Below the pieces are notes generated by a model, which was given only the letters and a program-made list of their open reading frames with translations, was not told the DNA's origin and made no database searches. A stretch of 64,000 nt of DNA from a virus (lineage: Duplodnaviria > Caudoviricetes), in the IMG/VR virus record IMGVR_UViG_2974753081_000001, positions 72,320 through 136,319 of that record; one strand, given 5' to 3'. The number at the start of each line of letters is the position of its first letter. The stretch's first letter is position 1. The translations under genes were made by a program, and so were the position numbers. Positions 30,464 through 41,164 of this stretch are shown in pieces.

Positions 30464-31040
30464 CCCGTTCGAGCTGATCAAGGCTCGGTTGAAGGAGCAG
30501 GTCCAGCGGCACACGCCGCTCGGCAGCGAGGTCGACACCATCGAGAGCGTGGTGTTCTTCAGCGAGGAAGTTCGCGTTCACTACATCGACCAGCACGGTG
30601 ACATGTGGTCGTGTCTCGTGCCGGTCGAGGCGCTGCTGACGGCGTTCTTCGACCTGGTGATGTCGGAGGGGTCATGAGCGACATCCAGCCGGGCGACTAC
30701 GTGATCCCGGTGGACGACGACGCAGGGGACTTCCACGGCATCGATCTGTCGGGGGTGTGGACCCCCTGCAAGGTGCTGAACGTCTACAAGAACGGCAACC
30801 TCCGAGCGCGCTCGGACGACCGCAAGGTTCTCTGGCACGGCCCCGTGACCGGATTCCGCAAGACCGACAGGAGATGACGATGGACCCCGATCAGTTGCTG
30901 GAGGCGATCCAGCGCAACGCCACTCAGCTCACCGAGCGACACAGCGCCGAGCAGGCCGAGACGCTTGCCCAGGACATCCTCGCGCTCGATGAGTGGCTGT
31001 CCAAGGGCGGGTTCCTGCCGAAGGAATGGGCGCGCAACCG

Positions 31041-31364
31041 ATGATCAGTCCCTGGTGGTCCATCGCTCTGACCGTGCTCGGAGCGTTCGGTCTGTTCCTG
31101 GTGTTCCGGCACCCCAACCACTGGCTCGGCCCGGCGTGGTCGATCGCTCTGCAGGCCGTCTGGCTCACCTACGGCATCGCCACCTGGCAGTACGGGTTCA
31201 TCGTGTCGGCGTTCATGTATGCCGGGGCGAACGCCTACGGGCTGCGCAAGCGCGCCAAGGCCAATGCTGCGGCTGCTCTTGTGCTCGCGCGCGATACTCA
31301 GCGCCGGGAGCGGGGCTGGTACGTGGACGACGACGGCTTCACCTGGCAGCGAGTGGCGACGTGA
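31041..31364 (+). CDS. Small multi-TM membrane protein
   Basis: 3-4 hydrophobic segments, Q.VW..YG. Confidence 0.65.
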   Translation: MISPWWSIALTVLGAFGLFLVFRHPNHWLGPAWSIALQAVWLTYGIATWQYGFIVSAFMYAGANAYGLRKRAKANAAAALVLARDTQRRERGWYVDDDGFTWQRVAT

Positions 31365-31650
31365 TCCCCACGCGCGAGATCGTCCGGGAGTTCGACCGGC
31401 GGTATTCGCTCTACGCCGAGCCGACGTCGAAGGGGATCACGGTGTACTCCGACCCCAGCGAGCCCGACATCCTGACGGTTCTGCACCTGCCCGAGGACGG
31501 CAAGTGGTGGTGGCGCACGGCCATGCACGAGGACGAGAACGGAACCCCGGTGCTCGCGAATCAGTGGGCCGCGAATGGCGACATGGACATCCCCACCCTG
31601 GTCCGGATGGTCGCCATCACCATCTTCGGCACGATCTGTATCTCTCCGAA

Positions 31651-31676
31651 GTAACGCTCCGGCGGTCTCCGCCGAT
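31651..31676 (+). promoter_or_regulatory. SigD-like promoter
   Basis: GTAACG-N17-GAT(GTAC). Confidence 0.7.
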
Positions 31677-31707
31677 GTACAGATCACACCCCGACCAAGG
31701 AGAAAAT

Positions 31708-32163
31708 ATGGACGAGCTGATGTCCGGCATGACTGAGATGTGCGGCGTGGCGCATCCCGACAACCGTTCGGACGCCAACCTGATCACCTACTGCTACCTG
31801 AACGATGGTCATGAAGGACCGCATCGTGATCCGGAGGGGCGGGCCTGGGTCGGCAACTTCCGTGTGACCCCCGTTAATACCTCGCCCGACAAGGACTTCC
31901 ATGATCTCGTGGCCCGAGTCGCGGCGATCGAGGAGAAGCTGGACATCACGCCGGAGTCCGGTCCGAAGAACCCGGCATACATCCTCGGCTACAACATCCT
32001 GCTGCGATCACTGGTGGACCAGATCGAGAACCTGCACCAGCGAAGCGACACCACCGGCAAGTGCGTCGGATGCCACAAGCCTTGGCCTTGTCCCAGTGCT
32101 GACGCGATAGCCGAGCATCGTGCGCTCGTGGAGGACTTTCGCGCACGGGGGTCGCTACGATGA
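31708..32163 (+). CDS. Hypothetical protein
   Basis: CCCGACCAAGGAG start; C..C..PWPC motif. Confidence 0.65.
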   Translation: MDELMSGMTEMCGVAHPDNRSDANLITYCYLNDGHEGPHRDPEGRAWVGNFRVTPVNTSPDKDFHDLVARVAAIEEKLDITPESGPKNPAYILGYNILLRSLVDQIENLHQRSDTTGKCVGCHKPWPCPSADAIAEHRALVEDFRARGSLR

Positions 32164-33167
32164 TCGACCCGAACCTGACCTTCGAGCCCGGCTGTGAATG
32201 CACCTGGTACGACGGCGAGGGCGAGTATCGCCCCGAGTGCCCCGTCCACGGCGAGCAGCGCGAGAAGCCGTTCCTGGAGCTGCGCAACCTCAACGCCGAC
32301 GACGGCGAGCGTTACGCGGCGTACCGCGCGCTCACGTGCGACTACTACAACGGTTGGGGAGGCTGCGGTGGCGGCTGCTACGAGGAGCCGTCGTGCCGCA
32401 CCGATGAGCCCCTGGGAGGCTGGGAGTGGCCGACGCCCTACGGACTGCACGTCCTGGAGGAGGTAGCCGAGCGCGCCAAGGTCGAGCGCGAGCGCGAGGA
32501 GTTCGAGAGATGGCTGCTCGCCGAGCAGCGTTGGCTGCAACGGCCCATCCTGGAGTCCAGGCACTGGAGCATGTACGGCGGCATCCCTCGCGACATCCCC
32601 AACGGCGTCTACCCGGTCAACCCGTTGGCCCTGGAGCGACAGGAAGAACCCAAGCCCTGGATCGCTCTGCACAACACCAGTGGCGGCGGCTCGATGAGCT
32701 ACCACGCCACGCGCGAGGAAGCCGAGGAGGAGCTGCTGTCGTCGGAGGCGAGCACGCGCAACTTCTGGGAAGAGAAGGTCGAGTGGCGCGAGAACGGTGA
32801 CAAGACCACGCCGAGCTACTGGACGATGCACGGCTCGCTGAAGCCCAAGCTGCGCGCTCCCGGCGGGCAGCAGGTGCTCCGCATCGGCCACTGGCACTAC
32901 GTTCCGCGTCGCATCTACGAGGACGGCAAGCTCCCCGAGCGCGGTCACGGGCAGCGTGAGCACATGGGCTTCGGCGGCAGGGTGTTCCGGTGGCGCTACC
33001 TAGACGAGGACGGCGAGCCGACCGGCCCGATCTGGACCTCCGACGACGTCTACACCCAGGGCGAGATTCCCGAGGAGTTCCGCGACCGGCTGCCCGACAA
33101 CGCAGTGTTCGTCTACACCAAGCCTCGTGACGTACTCGCCACGATCATGACCCAAGACGGTTTCTGA
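32160..33167 (+). CDS. Hypothetical protein (Cys-rich N-terminus)
   Basis: 335-aa ORF, GFGGRVF motif. Confidence 0.7.
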   Translation: MIDPNLTFEPGCECTWYDGEGEYRPECPVHGEQREKPFLELRNLNADDGERYAAYRALTCDYYNGWGGCGGGCYEEPSCRTDEPLGGWEWPTPYGLHVLEEVAERAKVEREREEFERWLLAEQRWLQRPILESRHWSMYGGIPRDIPNGVYPVNPLALERQEEPKPWIALHNTSGGGSMSYHATREEAEEELLSSEASTRNFWEEKVEWRENGDKTTPSYWTMHGSLKPKLRAPGGQQVLRIGHWHYVPRRIYEDGKLPERGHGQREHMGFGGRVFRWRYLDEDGEPTGPIWTSDDVYTQGEIPEEFRDRLPDNAVFVYTKPRDVLATIMTQDGF

Positions 33168-33683
33168 TGGCGACGGACCGTGTAGTTCACGGCATGGCCG
33201 TGCAGCAGCATTACCTGGAGCGCGTGTCGGAGGCCGCGTTCGGAGGATGGACGGGCGGCTGCACCTGTCGCTGGACGATGGCCGCAGGCAGCAAGTCGTG
33301 GCTAGTGACCGCGCACCGCGCGCATGTCTCCGAGATGGCGGAGAAGTTGTCTCTCATTCGCGGAACCTGGGAGGCCGAGTGGATGCCCCGAGGTACCGTG
33401 CTGATCTCGGAGCGTACCGATCTGCCGTTCGTCTGGCAGGGCGAGGGTCAGCCGTGCTCCGTGCTCCACCCCGACCAACCCGCGCACGCCGCCAAGGGCG
33501 ACGCGGAAGACCTGTTCCCCGCCACTGTGGTGTGGGTGCCAAGAGAAAAATGAGGAGTTCCGATGTCTGATACTGCATGGGCCGACACCCCCATCTTCGA
33601 CGAAACCGTGGAGGCCACCGGCATCCATATCGGGGAGGACTTGCCGTCGTATGACGAGGTCCAGGCGGTGCTGGAGGCCGAGG

Positions 33684-34040
33684 GTGACTAACCCCGACTG
33701 CGTTTTTTGCGACAAGATCGCCGCTGGCGACTTCGAGTACACCGACAACGGGTGTGTCGTGTTCGAGCCACTGAATCCCGTCACGCCCGGCCATCTGTTG
33801 GTGGTCCCCATCGAGCACGCTTCGAACGCGGTGGTCGACCCCAACGCTGGCCGGGCGGTCGAGGTGGCTACGACCGTGATGCGGATGCGCCACGTCCGCT
33901 CGGCGAACATCATCACTAGTGTGGGAGCGGAGGCGACGCAGTCGGTGCTCCACACCCACATCCACATCGTTCCTCGGCGCGAGGGCGACGGCTTGACGCT
34001 CCCGTGGACCGGCCAGGAGAAGGAGAACTCACATGTCTGA
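33684..34040 (+). CDS. HIT-family nucleotide hydrolase
   Basis: DCVFC, PLNPVTPGHLLVVP, QSVLHTHIHIVPR. Confidence 0.9.
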   Translation: MTNPDCVFCDKIAAGDFEYTDNGCVVFEPLNPVTPGHLLVVPIEHASNAVVDPNAGRAVEVATTVMRMRHVRSANIITSVGAEATQSVLHTHIHIVPRREGDGLTLPWTGQEKENSHV

Positions 34041-34262
34041 GAATCTGACCCAGCAACTGCGCGACCTGAAGGAAGGAGACACCGTCGTCTACCAAGGACG
34101 AGATCACAAGGTGTTCCGCGTCAAGGGCAAGTGGATCGGCCTGATCGACCCGGAGCGCGAGCGCATGTTCTCGACCAACGAGAAGGGTGTCGTCCAGGGG
34201 CCGGTGGCTCACTTCGCGGTGCCGCTGACCGAGGTCGATCTGACTTCGTAGCCCCATCGGGC

Positions 34263-34314
34263 TTGCACCACCCTCTATACGTGTGTATATTGGGTGGTGT
34301 CAGGGGCACAGCCC
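34263..34314 (+). promoter_or_regulatory. SigA-type promoter cassette 2
   Basis: TTGCAC-N17-TATATT, TATAC-GT-GTGTA, GGGC-ACA-GCCC. Confidence 0.85.
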
Positions 34315-34338
34315 ACCAACCTCCACAGAGGAGCCATC

Positions 34339-34620
34339 ATGGCAACCACCATCGTCACCGATCCCACCACCATCGAGCTGCCCGCGCGCGACGCCATCGT
34401 CCGTTCCTACTCCGGCAAGATCGGCTGCGCCTGCGGCTGCCGGGGCAACTACGGCGAGACCTCGCGCTCGAAGGCCATCGTGCTCGGCAAGGTCGAGAAG
34501 CTGCTCCAGTGGTCCCTGGAGGACCCCACGGCTCCCCTGGAGTGGATGGCTTGCTCGCAGTTCATCGCGGTCGACAACCGCGAGACCGGTCGGTCCTACA
34601 CCCTCTACCTGGAGAACTGA
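34339..34620 (+). CDS. Small hypothetical protein (YSGK.GCACGCRG.Y)
   Basis: GAGGAG RBS after cassette 2. Confidence 0.75.
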   Translation: MATTIVTDPTTIELPARDAIVRSYSGKIGCACGCRGNYGETSRSKAIVLGKVEKLLQWSLEDPTAPLEWMACSQFIAVDNRETGRSYTLYLEN

Positions 34621-34662
34621 CGGCCATTGTCGGCATGCTCGAAGCTATGAGCTGACACTGAC

Positions 34663-34714
34663 TTGCACCACACTCTACACGTGTGTATATTCATAGGTGT
34701 TAGGGACGCAGTCC
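34663..34714 (+). promoter_or_regulatory. SigA-type promoter cassette 3
   Basis: TTGCAC-N17-TATATT, TACAC-GT-GTGTA, GGAC-GCA-GTCC. Confidence 0.85.
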
Positions 34715-34739
34715 GCCAACCCCCACGAAGGGACTCATC

Positions 34740-34889
34740 ATGCAGGTCAACGACTACCGCGCCGCAGGAGCCGACGATGTTCGGTTCGCCGCCAAGCGTC
34801 ACCGCCGCAACGGCGAGCACGCCATCGCCGACGCGCTGGAGGCCATCGCCAACCGCATCGCTCGCCAGGAGCTGGAGGAGGCTCGATGA
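34740..34889 (+). CDS. 49-aa hypothetical protein (absent from ORF track)
   Basis: MQVNDYRAAG...ELEEAR* after cassette 3; ATGA-coupled to the next gene. Confidence 0.65.
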   Translation: MQVNDYRAAGADDVRFAAKRHRRNGEHAIADALEAIANRIARQELEEAR

Positions 34890-35215
34890 CCGCCCGCATC
34901 CCCTTCCGCTCCACGATCCGGATCAGTCGTCGGGTCTTGGAGTTCCTGCAAGGCACACACGCCTACCAGAGCCCCAACGACCGGCAGATCGTCTCCGACG
35001 TCGACCGCTGGCTGATGGAGGCCATTCAGAACGCCGAGGGCGACATGCGCAAGGATGGCTCGATCAGGGCCGAGCTGACCACGCAGGAGCGCAACGCTCT
35101 CTGGAATTACGTCCACACCATGCGGATCGGTGCCCAGGAGAACCTGCCCGACCCCGACGCCCGTGGCGACTACCTCGCTGCCAAGGCGCTCATGCAGCAG
35201 CTTGAAGAAATCTGA
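34886..35215 (+). CDS. Hypothetical protein
   Basis: GGAGG RBS, ATGA overlap. Confidence 0.65.
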   Translation: MTARIPFRSTIRISRRVLEFLQGTHAYQSPNDRQIVSDVDRWLMEAIQNAEGDMRKDGSIRAELTTQERNALWNYVHTMRIGAQENLPDPDARGDYLAAKALMQQLEEI

Positions 35216-35226
35216 GAGGACCCGTT

Positions 35227-35610
35227 ATGGCTGCCAAGCACGACCCCACCAACCACCCGTTCGAGGTCGGCATGGAGGTGCTGATCGATGACGTGAACCG
35301 TCGCGGTCGCCCGCTCACCGAGGCCGTCGTCTCCAAGGTCGGTCGCAAGCTCGTCTACGCGACCATGTACGGGCGCGACGTCGGGTTCCGCCTGGAAACC
35401 CGCGCGGCCAACGACAACTACGGCCACCAGAGCATCTGGACGCCGGAGGAGGTCGCTGAGCGCGAGCGCCGGGCGTACCTGGACCGTCGGCTCGCAACCT
35501 ACGGCCTGCGCTCAGAGTTCGGAGGCACGAAGTTCCGCGAGCTGCCGACTGAGGTGGTTGAGGAGCTGCTGGAGGTCCTGGACCGGCACGCCGAGCGTGA
35601 TTCGGACTAG
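35227..35610 (+). CDS. Hypothetical protein
   Basis: V.KVGRK..Y pattern, GAGGA RBS. Confidence 0.65.
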   Translation: MAAKHDPTNHPFEVGMEVLIDDVNRRGRPLTEAVVSKVGRKLVYATMYGRDVGFRLETRAANDNYGHQSIWTPEEVAERERRAYLDRRLATYGLRSEFGGTKFRELPTEVVEELLEVLDRHAERDSD

Positions 35611-35693
35611 GACTTATCGCTACACCCATGTATTGTCATTCCTGAAATGGGCACACACACGCCCACCACGCTCGCAGAGGAGAAAAAAAAATC

Positions 35694-36437
35694 ATGACCC
35701 CGACCAAGACCAATGCCCGCACCCGGATGCTCGCGCGCGTCGCCGATCTGGGGTGGGAGCTGGACCCCACCGCGAAGGTGCCTCTGTCGCGCTTCGAACG
35801 TCACGTCCTGGTGCAGAATGAGACCGCGTTCCGCAAGCGCGCCGCTCACGGCGGCTGGTGGAAGATACTGCTCGACTACAGTCAGACCAGCGGGTCCTGG
35901 CGCACGGTTATCGGAACCACACTGCGTGGCATCCAGATCAACTGGACCGAAAACGAGGTTCATTCCGGCAAGGTGATTGGGGTGCTGAAGAATCCCCGAT
36001 CATCTCGATACGGGTCCAGATTTCTGTGGCTTGCCTCTGGCGACCCCAGCGACCCGATGAAGAAGCACGCCGAGACGTTCCTGGCTGATCCTGACCTGGT
36101 CGTGTGGCTCAGTCAGGAGCTGCGGCACAAGGACATCGAGGAGACCCGAGCGCGCCATGCGGAGCAGCGACGCATCGAGAAACTGCGCGAGCAGCTGCTC
36201 CCGGTCAAGGGCCTGACGGAGAATGCGCGGTGGAGGTTCGCCTACGTCTCTCCATTCAAGCGCGCATCCGCCGAGCTGATCAAAGCTGACGGCCTCACCG
36301 ATCTGCCGAAGGTGATGGCCGAGACGTGGAATGAGTTGGAGCGTCTGGTCGAGTACCTGACGCCGGAGGCCCGCGAGGCATTCCAGAAGCACCTGGACGA
36401 CCTGAGCGGCGCTGCCGTGACGGACTTGGACGCCTGA
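35694..36437 (+). CDS. Hypothetical protein
   Basis: 247 aa, GAGGAG RBS. Confidence 0.7.
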   Translation: MTPTKTNARTRMLARVADLGWELDPTAKVPLSRFERHVLVQNETAFRKRAAHGGWWKILLDYSQTSGSWRTVIGTTLRGIQINWTENEVHSGKVIGVLKNPRSSRYGSRFLWLASGDPSDPMKKHAETFLADPDLVVWLSQELRHKDIEETRARHAEQRRIEKLREQLLPVKGLTENARWRFAYVSPFKRASAELIKADGLTDLPKVMAETWNELERLVEYLTPEAREAFQKHLDDLSGAAVTDLDA

Positions 36438-36934
36438 TGGCCGAGCTGAACAAGCCAACGGCAGTGCTCGTAGACATCGACGGCACGCTCTGCGATGTCC
36501 GGACGATCCGGCACTACGTGATCGGGCCGGATAAGGACTTCGAGGCGTTCCACACCGCGAGTCTCCACTGCCCTCCGCACCCGCAGGCCCTGGACTTCAT
36601 CCGTAACTCCATCGAGGACGGCCACGACGTCGTGTTCGTCTCCGCCCGGCAGGAGAAGTTCCGCCAGATCACCGAGTTGTTCATCGCGATGCACGTGCCT
36701 CGGGTGCAGTGGTTCGGCCCATTCATGCGCGAGCACGGTGACCGCCGACCGGACGTCGAGGTCAAGCGCGACATCCATCACCAGCTGAGCAAGTGGTGGG
36801 ACATCGTTGGAGCCATTGACGACAACCCCGCCATCGTGGCCCTCTGGCGAGAGCTGGGCATCCCCGTGGAGGTCGTCCCCGGCTGGGACGCTGGGGCTGC
36901 CGCCAGCTACGTCCAATCCCAATCCACCCAGTAG
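36437..36934 (+). CDS. HAD-family phosphatase (polynucleotide kinase phosphatase-like)
   Basis: VDIDGTL, VSAR, MR..GD.RPD..VK, AIDDNP. Confidence 0.85.
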   Translation: MAELNKPTAVLVDIDGTLCDVRTIRHYVIGPDKDFEAFHTASLHCPPHPQALDFIRNSIEDGHDVVFVSARQEKFRQITELFIAMHVPRVQWFGPFMREHGDRRPDVEVKRDIHHQLSKWWDIVGAIDDNPAIVALWRELGIPVEVVPGWDAGAAASYVQSQSTQ

Positions 36935-36960
36935 CTCCACCCCCGACCAAGGAGAACCTC

Positions 36961-37380
36961 ATGAAGAAGACCATCGCTGCCCTCGCGGCTGCCGCCGCCA
37001 TCACGCTCGCCACCGGCTGCACCATCGAGACAGTCAGCGAGCCCACGACCACGACCACCCCGGCCCCGCTGCCGGTCGTCACCACGACCACCGTCGACAC
37101 TCCGCCCCCGCCGACCACCACCGAGATCGACAGTGAGTGGGTGGCCGATCGCGCCTACATCGCTGCGCTCGACCAGCAGGGCATCGACTACCCGACCGAG
37201 CAGGACGCCATCGACCTCGGCCACTCGATCTGTGAGGCCCTGGACTCCGGCAACTCCCCGCAGGAGCTGATCCGTGTCGGCGTGGACGCCAGCGGCATGG
37301 ACTCCCAGGACGTCGCCTTCATGGTTGGCGCGGCCATCGGGTCGATCTGCCCCCGCCACGACGATCTGATCCCCGAGTAA
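36961..37380 (+). CDS. DUF732-domain lipoprotein
   Basis: Signal peptide with lipobox LATGC, Thr/Pro linker, D.AY..AL...GI...AI..GH.IC...ICP. Confidence 0.85.
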   Translation: MKKTIAALAAAAAITLATGCTIETVSEPTTTTTPAPLPVVTTTTVDTPPPPTTTEIDSEWVADRAYIAALDQQGIDYPTEQDAIDLGHSICEALDSGNSPQELIRVGVDASGMDSQDVAFMVGAAIGSICPRHDDLIPE

Positions 37381-37402
37381 CACTTCGCTGGGCCGCAGCG
37401 AT
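37377..37402 (+). promoter_or_regulatory. SigD-like promoter
   Basis: GTAACA-N17-GAT(AC). Confidence 0.7.
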
Positions 37403-37437
37403 ACACCCAACACACCCCGACCAGAGGAGAAAAAATC

Positions 37438-37884
37438 ATGAGTACTCGCAGTGTCACCGGCATCTGGAAGCCCGAAGGTGATCCGATCGGAGTGGGCGTC
37501 TACGTCCACAGCGATGGCTATCCGGAGGGGCGTCTACCGGACCTGAAGAAGATGATCACGCGCGACGGTCCCGAGAAGGTAGTCCAGACGATCCTGTCGG
37601 CCAAGCGTGGCGGCTGGTCCTACCTCGACGTCGAGTACGCCAACAATTATCTCGGCGAGGACCGTGCGAAGCTCGTGCCGGGCTACGGCCTGATGTTCCT
37701 CGACGGAGATCACGAGCCCAAGCCGCTGAGACACAGTGAGGTCATCAGGACTTTCTGGTGTGAGTACGCCTACTACATCGACGTCGAGACCGGCGACATC
37801 CACTGGTACGAGAGCAGCGACCCCACCGAGCACGTCGAGCTGTTCTCCGACTACGTGACCGAGGTCAAGAAGGTGGATTCCTGA
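37438..37884 (+). CDS. Conserved phage hypothetical protein
   Basis: MSTRS...YVHSDGYPEG...EYAY pattern. Confidence 0.75.
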   Translation: MSTRSVTGIWKPEGDPIGVGVYVHSDGYPEGRLPDLKKMITRDGPEKVVQTILSAKRGGWSYLDVEYANNYLGEDRAKLVPGYGLMFLDGDHEPKPLRHSEVIRTFWCEYAYYIDVETGDIHWYESSDPTEHVELFSDYVTEVKKVDS

Positions 37885-38189
37885 TGGGTGCGACGACGTT
37901 CTTCCACTGGGAGGGTGGTCGCAGCCCGGAGGAGGCGTTTACCGCCGCTCGGGACCAGGCCAAGTACGACTTCGGCCACGCGGGATACACGGGCACTATC
38001 GCAGAGAAGTCCGGTTTCGTCATGATCCCCTGGACCGGAGAGGGCCTGCCGGACCGATCCGAGGCCGAGGACCTGGGCGACAAGCTGATCGAGGACTGCG
38101 ACCCCCGCATCGATGACAAGTGGGGTCCGGCGGGCTGTATCAAGGCCCAGGACGGGATGCTCCTGTTCTTCGGCTGGGCATCGGAGTAG
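37884..38189 (+). CDS. Conserved phage hypothetical protein
   Basis: GH.GYTGTIAEK...DKWGPA...FFGWAS. Confidence 0.75.
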   Translation: MGATTFFHWEGGRSPEEAFTAARDQAKYDFGHAGYTGTIAEKSGFVMIPWTGEGLPDRSEAEDLGDKLIEDCDPRIDDKWGPAGCIKAQDGMLLFFGWASE

Positions 38190-38586
38190 CCGGTGAACGA
38201 GCTGATCGAGCGTATGGAGCGCGCCGTCGAGATGCTGAAGGATCGGCGGGTGCGATACTCCAGCAGCCCTCTGAATCCCGAGTACGTCCGGCTCGGCGGG
38301 AAGATCGAGGGCATCCAGTTGGCACTGTCCTACGCCCGAGAAGAAATCCGGAAGGAGCCCCAATGAGGACGTTTCGCATCGTGCTGTCGCTGCCGGACCC
38401 CAAGATGGAGTTCTACTCGCGACCGATCGTGGCCGTCGACCCCGACAGCATCTTCGTGCAGGAGGCGATCGAGGCCATCGACCGGACGCAGCAGCCGCAC
38501 GGCCTGCGAGTCGTGGCCATAGAGGAGCGCGTGGACAAGGGGTACGACCACCCCTTCGACGCGGTCTCGGAGGAATGGAGAGTCGT

Positions 38587-38838
38587 ATGAAGATCACCAA
38601 GGTGTCCGCTCTGTCGGGCAAGACCAACGAGATGGACCTCGACATCACCGAGGATCGGTTGCTCGCCTGGCAGAACGCTGCCGACGACGATCCCAATCGG
38701 TTCGTCCAGCACGCCTTCCCCGACCTGACCGACGACGAGCGGGAGTTCCTGATCACGGGTGTGACGCAGGAGGAGTGGGATGCCACGTTCCCGCCGGAAG
38801 AGGAGGACATGGACGAGGCTGATTGGGTGGGCCGATGA
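38587..38838 (+). CDS. Conserved phage hypothetical protein
   Basis: Q.AFP.LT.DEREFLITG.T.EEW. Confidence 0.7.
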   Translation: MKITKVSALSGKTNEMDLDITEDRLLAWQNAADDDPNRFVQHAFPDLTDDEREFLITGVTQEEWDATFPPEEEDMDEADWVGR

Positions 38839-39163
38839 CTCGGGACGAGGTGGTCGCGGCAGCTGAGAGGGGTGCTGCCGTCATCTACCGCCCCCACCCG
38901 GACGCCAAGCCCGAGGAGGGCATCGTCATGCGCTGCAACGATCGGTACGCCTTCGTGCTGTTTCGCGGCGACACCACTGCCAAGGCGACTCCGTTCGATC
39001 TTCTGGAGCCGATGTTTCGGAAGATGTAGTGTCGACACTAAGCCGACGCGCGCATTAGCACCCGAGGGGGTCCGATGGCAGACGAAGTGATCGAGGACAT
39101 CGACATCGATATGCGGGGCGATGTCGGCTATTGGCTCGAAGGGCGCGACGCGGAGTCAGATAA

Positions 39164-39478
39164 GTGACGTCGATGCAGTCGGTGTTCCAGCTCCCGTGGC
39201 TGGACCCCACCGACCGCTCCGAGAATTGGCGATCCCGCTCGATCTGCACTCCGGAGCACGACCACATCCTGTTCTCGGAGAAGCGTCGCGGATGGCGACG
39301 CGATGAAGACCTCCGTGCAGCTGCTCGGCTGTGCGGATCATGTCCGGTCCGGATGGACTGCCTGCTCTGGGCAACCAGGACCGGACAAACCCACGGAGTC
39401 TGGGGAGGAAAAGACTTCAGTGCTCGACCCGCGCGTACAACGCAGATGCGCTCGGTACACCCGACCAGAGGAGAATGA
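39164..39478 (+). CDS. WhiB-family Fe-S transcription factor
   Basis: C-x-C-xx-C-x5-C spacing (ICT...LCGSCPVRMDC) and GVWGG. Confidence 0.85.
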   Translation: MTSMQSVFQLPWLDPTDRSENWRSRSICTPEHDHILFSEKRRGWRRDEDLRAAARLCGSCPVRMDCLLWATRTGQTHGVWGGKDFSARPARTTQMRSVHPTRGE

Positions 39479-39479
39479 A

Positions 39480-39782
39480 ATGTCTACTGCCACACCGCCT
39501 GTCGGCTGGTACAAATGCACGCCCACCCAGGCATGGATGCTGGCCGTCCTGCAGTCCGAGGGCGAGGTCCACTCCAACACCGACATCGGCCCGGCCAAGC
39601 GCGCCGCGAACAAGCGCACCGCTCGCTCGCTGGTCGACCTCGGCGTCGCGACCTGGAGTCGCCCCGAGAACGGCCAGCACTGGAAGATCATCGAGCGCCG
39701 CCCCAAGCCGCTGACCCGCAAGGGCAAGAAGTCGGACGTCCCGCGCGCCAAGGTCGAGATCACGGCGCTGGTGGAGCGATAG
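39480..39782 (+). CDS. Basic hypothetical protein
   Basis: CCCGACCAGAGGAG start. Confidence 0.6.
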   Translation: MSTATPPVGWYKCTPTQAWMLAVLQSEGEVHSNTDIGPAKRAANKRTARSLVDLGVATWSRPENGQHWKIIERRPKPLTRKGKKSDVPRAKVEITALVER

Positions 39783-40320
39783 CCCCAGATGTCTGCCTAC
39801 AGCCCCGTGGGATTTGACCTGATGCGCCACCTGCTGCACCCCCGCAACGCGATTGCGGCCCCGGTGCATCGGGTGGCGCTCGGGCGCATCCTGCACGACG
39901 AGTCCCTGACGTTCGAGCAAGGCCGCGACCAGGTCGTGAGCGAGCTGCGCAACTCGGCGTGGATCAAGTCCGTCGCCGACTTCGACCCTGTCCACGTAAT
40001 GCTCGACGATCTCGCCGAGACCCGGACGCACCTGGAGTTCCTGGCCGAGTTCGAGGCCATCCGCGACCAGGCGGACTACCACCGCTGCTGGATTGACGTG
40101 GTGCCGACGTGATGCGCCGCAAGACCTTCCCTGCCCAGTACCCCGGCACCTGCAACGCCTGCGGTGACCGCTTCCCCGAGGACACTCAGATCAGCTACGA
40201 CGACACCGACCGCACTGTCCATGCCGACGCCGACGAATGCGGCGTCGCTCCGGCACCGAGCCGCCTGCGTATGCCCGGCGTCTGTCCGGAGTGCAACCTC
40301 ATGCACGCGGGGGAGTGCTG

Positions 40321-40830
40321 ATGACGACCGGCGAACAGCTCCGAGACGAGGGCATGCAGCAGGTTGACGAGACCCACACCGCATGGCGAGAGCACGCGGA
40401 CCAGGTGATGGCTGCGCTGATCGAGCTGCGCAGGCCGTTCTCGGCGAACGACTTCAACGAGCACATGGCTGCGTTCGGCCTGGAGCCGCACCATCCGTCA
40501 TCGATTGGCGCGCTGTTCGGTGGGTACGCCAAGCGCGGTCTCATCGTTCGCTGCGGCACCGCTCGGCCCACCAAGGCCAGCTCGCACGCGCGCACCTACG
40601 CGCAGTGGATCGCTGCCGACGTCGCCTTCCCGTCGACTCCGGAGGCCAACCTCCGTCGCGCGCTCGCTGCGCTGTCGGACATCCGCGCGCGTGTCGAGGC
40701 TGCGTCGCAGACGCCGGTTGATCCCTACGACCGCGACGGCCTGATGCGTGTCCGTTCGTTCCGCGAGTGCCTGGACATCGTGGACGACGAGATCGACAGA
40801 AGACGGGATGACAATGGCCGACCTACCTGA
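40321..40830 (+). CDS. Hypothetical protein
   Basis: GE.LRD.GM...P.H..SIGALF...SH pattern. Confidence 0.65.
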   Translation: MTTGEQLRDEGMQQVDETHTAWREHADQVMAALIELRRPFSANDFNEHMAAFGLEPHHPSSIGALFGGYAKRGLIVRCGTARPTKASSHARTYAQWIAADVAFPSTPEANLRRALAALSDIRARVEAASQTPVDPYDRDGLMRVRSFRECLDIVDDEIDRRRDDNGRPT

Positions 40831-41088
40831 CGACGGTTTTTCGGTGACTTACCTCGGTAACGGGGGTGTCCGCGTCACGCACACCCCCACCGGGGAATCG
40901 CGCGAGTCGTCGCGGCACCCGGTGATGACCATGAACTTCGATGCTGCCTGGGAGGAGCTGAGGATGGAGCTGCAGACGAGGCCAGAGTCGTGATCCGCGC
41001 GCTGAAGGTGTTCGCGGTGGCCGTCGGCATCGAGACCGCCCTCGGCCTTGCGTGCTGCGTTCTGCTGGTCTACCTCATGGAGTAGGAC

Positions 41089-41140
41089 TTGCACGCACGT
41101 CTACACATGTGTATATTCGTAGGTGTAAGGGCCACAGGCC
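41089..41140 (+). promoter_or_regulatory. SigA-type promoter cassette 4
   Basis: TTGCAC-N17-TATATT, TACAC-AT-GTGTA, GGCC-ACA-GGCC. Confidence 0.85.
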
Positions 41141-41164
41141 ACCAAATCCCCAGGAGGAGCCACC

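Noticed and set aside
35609-35640. An eleventh full SigA cassette
   Set aside because: Only a degenerate operator with GACTTA; the -35/-10 spacing and downstream hairpin are missing
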